From contig CBDFGG010000005.1 of NCBI GenBank assembly GCA_965247015.1, forward strand, positions 24,660 to 88,659: a DNA stretch of 64,000 nucleotides, read 5' to 3'. Shown here one piece after another: positions 62,849-64,000 of this stretch. Under the pieces are notes generated by a model. It made no database searches and was not told the DNA's origin. It was given only the letters and a program-made list of their open reading frames with translations. Within the stretch, counting starts at the first letter, position 1. Each line of letters opens with the position of its first letter. The DNA comes from Flavobacteriales bacterium (GTDB taxonomy: Bacteria; Bacteroidota; Bacteroidia; Flavobacteriales_D; Sanyastnellaceae). Both the position numbers and the translations under genes were made by a program.

Positions 62849-64000
62849 TTACTTTTGTGATAGGTTAGTGTCTTTTTTTCCAAGTTCTAAATCACTACCG
62901 AGGCGCTGCAGATAAGCAATCAAGGCAATGATTTCATGATCTCTTTGAAGTCCTTCTTCACCGATGAGGAGACCTGACTCTTCTTTTTTCAAGGTCTCAT
63001 AAATCACTTGAGCTTGCTTTTCAACCTCTGCCTTTGCATTGGCTACATATTCATCGGTGTAAGGCACACCAAGTGTTTGCATCGCAACGAGTTTCTTATG
63101 AGTATTGTCTGAATCTACTTTTGAAGTAAAGAGCCAAGGATATTTCGGCATGATAGAACCAGGCGACATGGAAGTTGGATCGGCCATGTGATTGTAGTGC
63201 CAGCTATCCATCTTCTTGTTGCGGCCAGTACCTTCGCGCGCTAAGTCTGGACCCGTTCGCTTAGAACCCCATTGGAAAGGGTGATCATAAACAAATTCTC
63301 CTGCTTTTGAATAGTCGCCATATCGCTCGGTCTCACTTCTGAACGGTCGAATCATTTGTGAGTGACAGGTATAACAACCTTCTCTCACGTAGATATCGCG
63401 GCCTTCTAGTTCAAGCGCTGTATAGGGCTTTACACTTTCAATCGTTGGAATATTATTCTTAATTAAGAATGTAGGGATCATTTCAATGACACCACCAATC
63501 GCAACAGCGACAAGGGATAGCACAAGCATTTGAACAGGCTTGCGCTCGATCCAACGGTGCCAGTGTTCTTTACCATGAATCTCTACTTTCTTAGCGAGTG
63601 CAGGAGCTTCTGCTGCTTCATTCGCAAGGAATGATCCTGCCTTAATCGTTTTCCAAAGGTTTATAACCATCATCACGGCGCCGACAAGGAATAACAGTCC
63701 ACCAAGTGAACGAAGCGCGTAAAACGGACGCAAATGCGTGACGGTGTCAAGGAATTGATATTTCAATTGTCCTTCTGGTGTAAACTCTTTCCACATCGCG
63801 CTTTGCACCCAACCAGCCCAATACATCGGAACTGCATAGATGATGATACCTAACGTACCAATCCAGAAGTGCCAGTTAGCAAGCTTTTTAGAAGCAAGAT
63901 TGGTTTGCCACATTCTTGGCACTAACCAATATAAGATACCGAAAGTCAAAAATCCATTCCATCCAAGTGCACCAACGTGAACGTGTGCAATGGTCCAGTC
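62849..64000 (-). CDS. ccoNO: Fused cbb3-type cytochrome c oxidase subunits N and O (CcoNO); the 5' part lies outside the window
   Basis: The frame is open to the window end (..HVHVGALGWNGFLTFGILYW = CcoN C-terminal helices). A CcoO part with CYTCHSQMIRP follows. Confidence 0.85.
   Translation of the reverse strand, partial: DWTIAHVHVGALGWNGFLTFGILYWLVPRMWQTNLASKKLANWHFWIGTLGIIIYAVPMYWAGWVQSAMWKEFTPEGQLKYQFLDTVTHLRPFYALRSLGGLLFLVGAVMMVINLWKTIKAGSFLANEAAEAPALAKKVEIHGKEHWHRWIERKPVQMLVLSLVAVAIGGVIEMIPTFLIKNNIPTIESVKPYTALELEGRDIYVREGCYTCHSQMIRPFRSETERYGDYSKAGEFVYDHPFQWGSKRTGPDLAREGTGRNKKMDSWHYNHMADPTSMSPGSIMPKYPWLFTSKVDSDNTHKKLVAMQTLGVPYTDEYVANAKAEVEKQAQVIYETLKKEESGLLIGEEGLQRDHEIIALIAYLQRLGSDLELGKKDTNLSQK

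Noticed and set aside
1-64000. A mobile element, prophage, defence island or tRNA/rRNA genes.
   Set aside because: I found no integrase, transposase, phage structural, restriction, Cas, helicase-nuclease or toxin-antitoxin signatures. No cloverleaf-like tRNA sequence was recognised in the intergenic gaps. The only candidate defence-related hit (AlbA_2-HTH, 55243-55884) is a common stand-alone regulator-like gene.

Overview
The window looks like a 64 kb chromosomal segment from a Bacteroidota (Flavobacteriia-like) genome. The evidence is T9SS type A and type B C-terminal sorting domains, many TAnnTTTG -7 promoter boxes, a fused ccoNO gene and a monoheme CcoP. All family calls come from reading motifs by eye; no searches were run. 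I support about 62 protein-coding genes, one gene fragment, and no rRNA, tRNA, CRISPR array, transposase or integrase.

Gene content, in order:
- A partial T9SS cargo protein.
- An HExxH protease-like gene.
- A class A beta-lactamase, paiB, and a class-C-like serine hydrolase.
- Two diverged paralogous cassettes (jelly-roll + trypsin-like protease, then a small beta-barrel) downstream of a TPR hybrid histidine kinase.
- A sulfide/persulfide handling cluster: split YeeE/YedE, a porin, a DsrE-like protein, an MBL-rhodanese fusion, TauE and a Crp-family regulator.
- Housekeeping genes: ansA, a TatD-family gene, a GT9 glycosyltransferase, hemJ, mgtE, tadA, trmB, apbC, a nifU-like gene, an FNR-type reductase and a ferredoxin.
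- A PIG-L deacetylase with a sodium:solute symporter.
- Two large T9SS cargo proteins, one with a complete PAP2/vanadium-haloperoxidase motif set.
- feoAB.
- A PAS histidine kinase plus a REC-cNMP-HTH fusion regulator.
- The cbb3 oxidase maturation and structural genes: a TauE-like gene, fixH, ccoG, ccoP, a ccoQ-like gene and ccoNO.

The most unusual signals are non-coding:
1. Degenerate 7-bp tandem arrays start right at, or 1-2 codons before, stop codons at six loci. The GATTCTC type is always in the sense orientation of the gene it follows.
2. A ~460-bp composite element lies between two convergent genes. It has a perfect 28-bp central hairpin, nested imperfect arms and a G-quadruplex motif over a stop codon.
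3. A 166-bp copy of the kinase 3' end sits in front of the second protease cassette. It is 163/166 identical, and all three differences are synonymous.
4. A TAnnTT[T/C]G-N4-ATG spacing recurs and implies leaderless transcripts, including one mirror-symmetric divergent pair.

The best candidate for an uncharacterised protein system is the protease/beta-barrel cassette pair with its TPR kinase. I cannot assign it a function.
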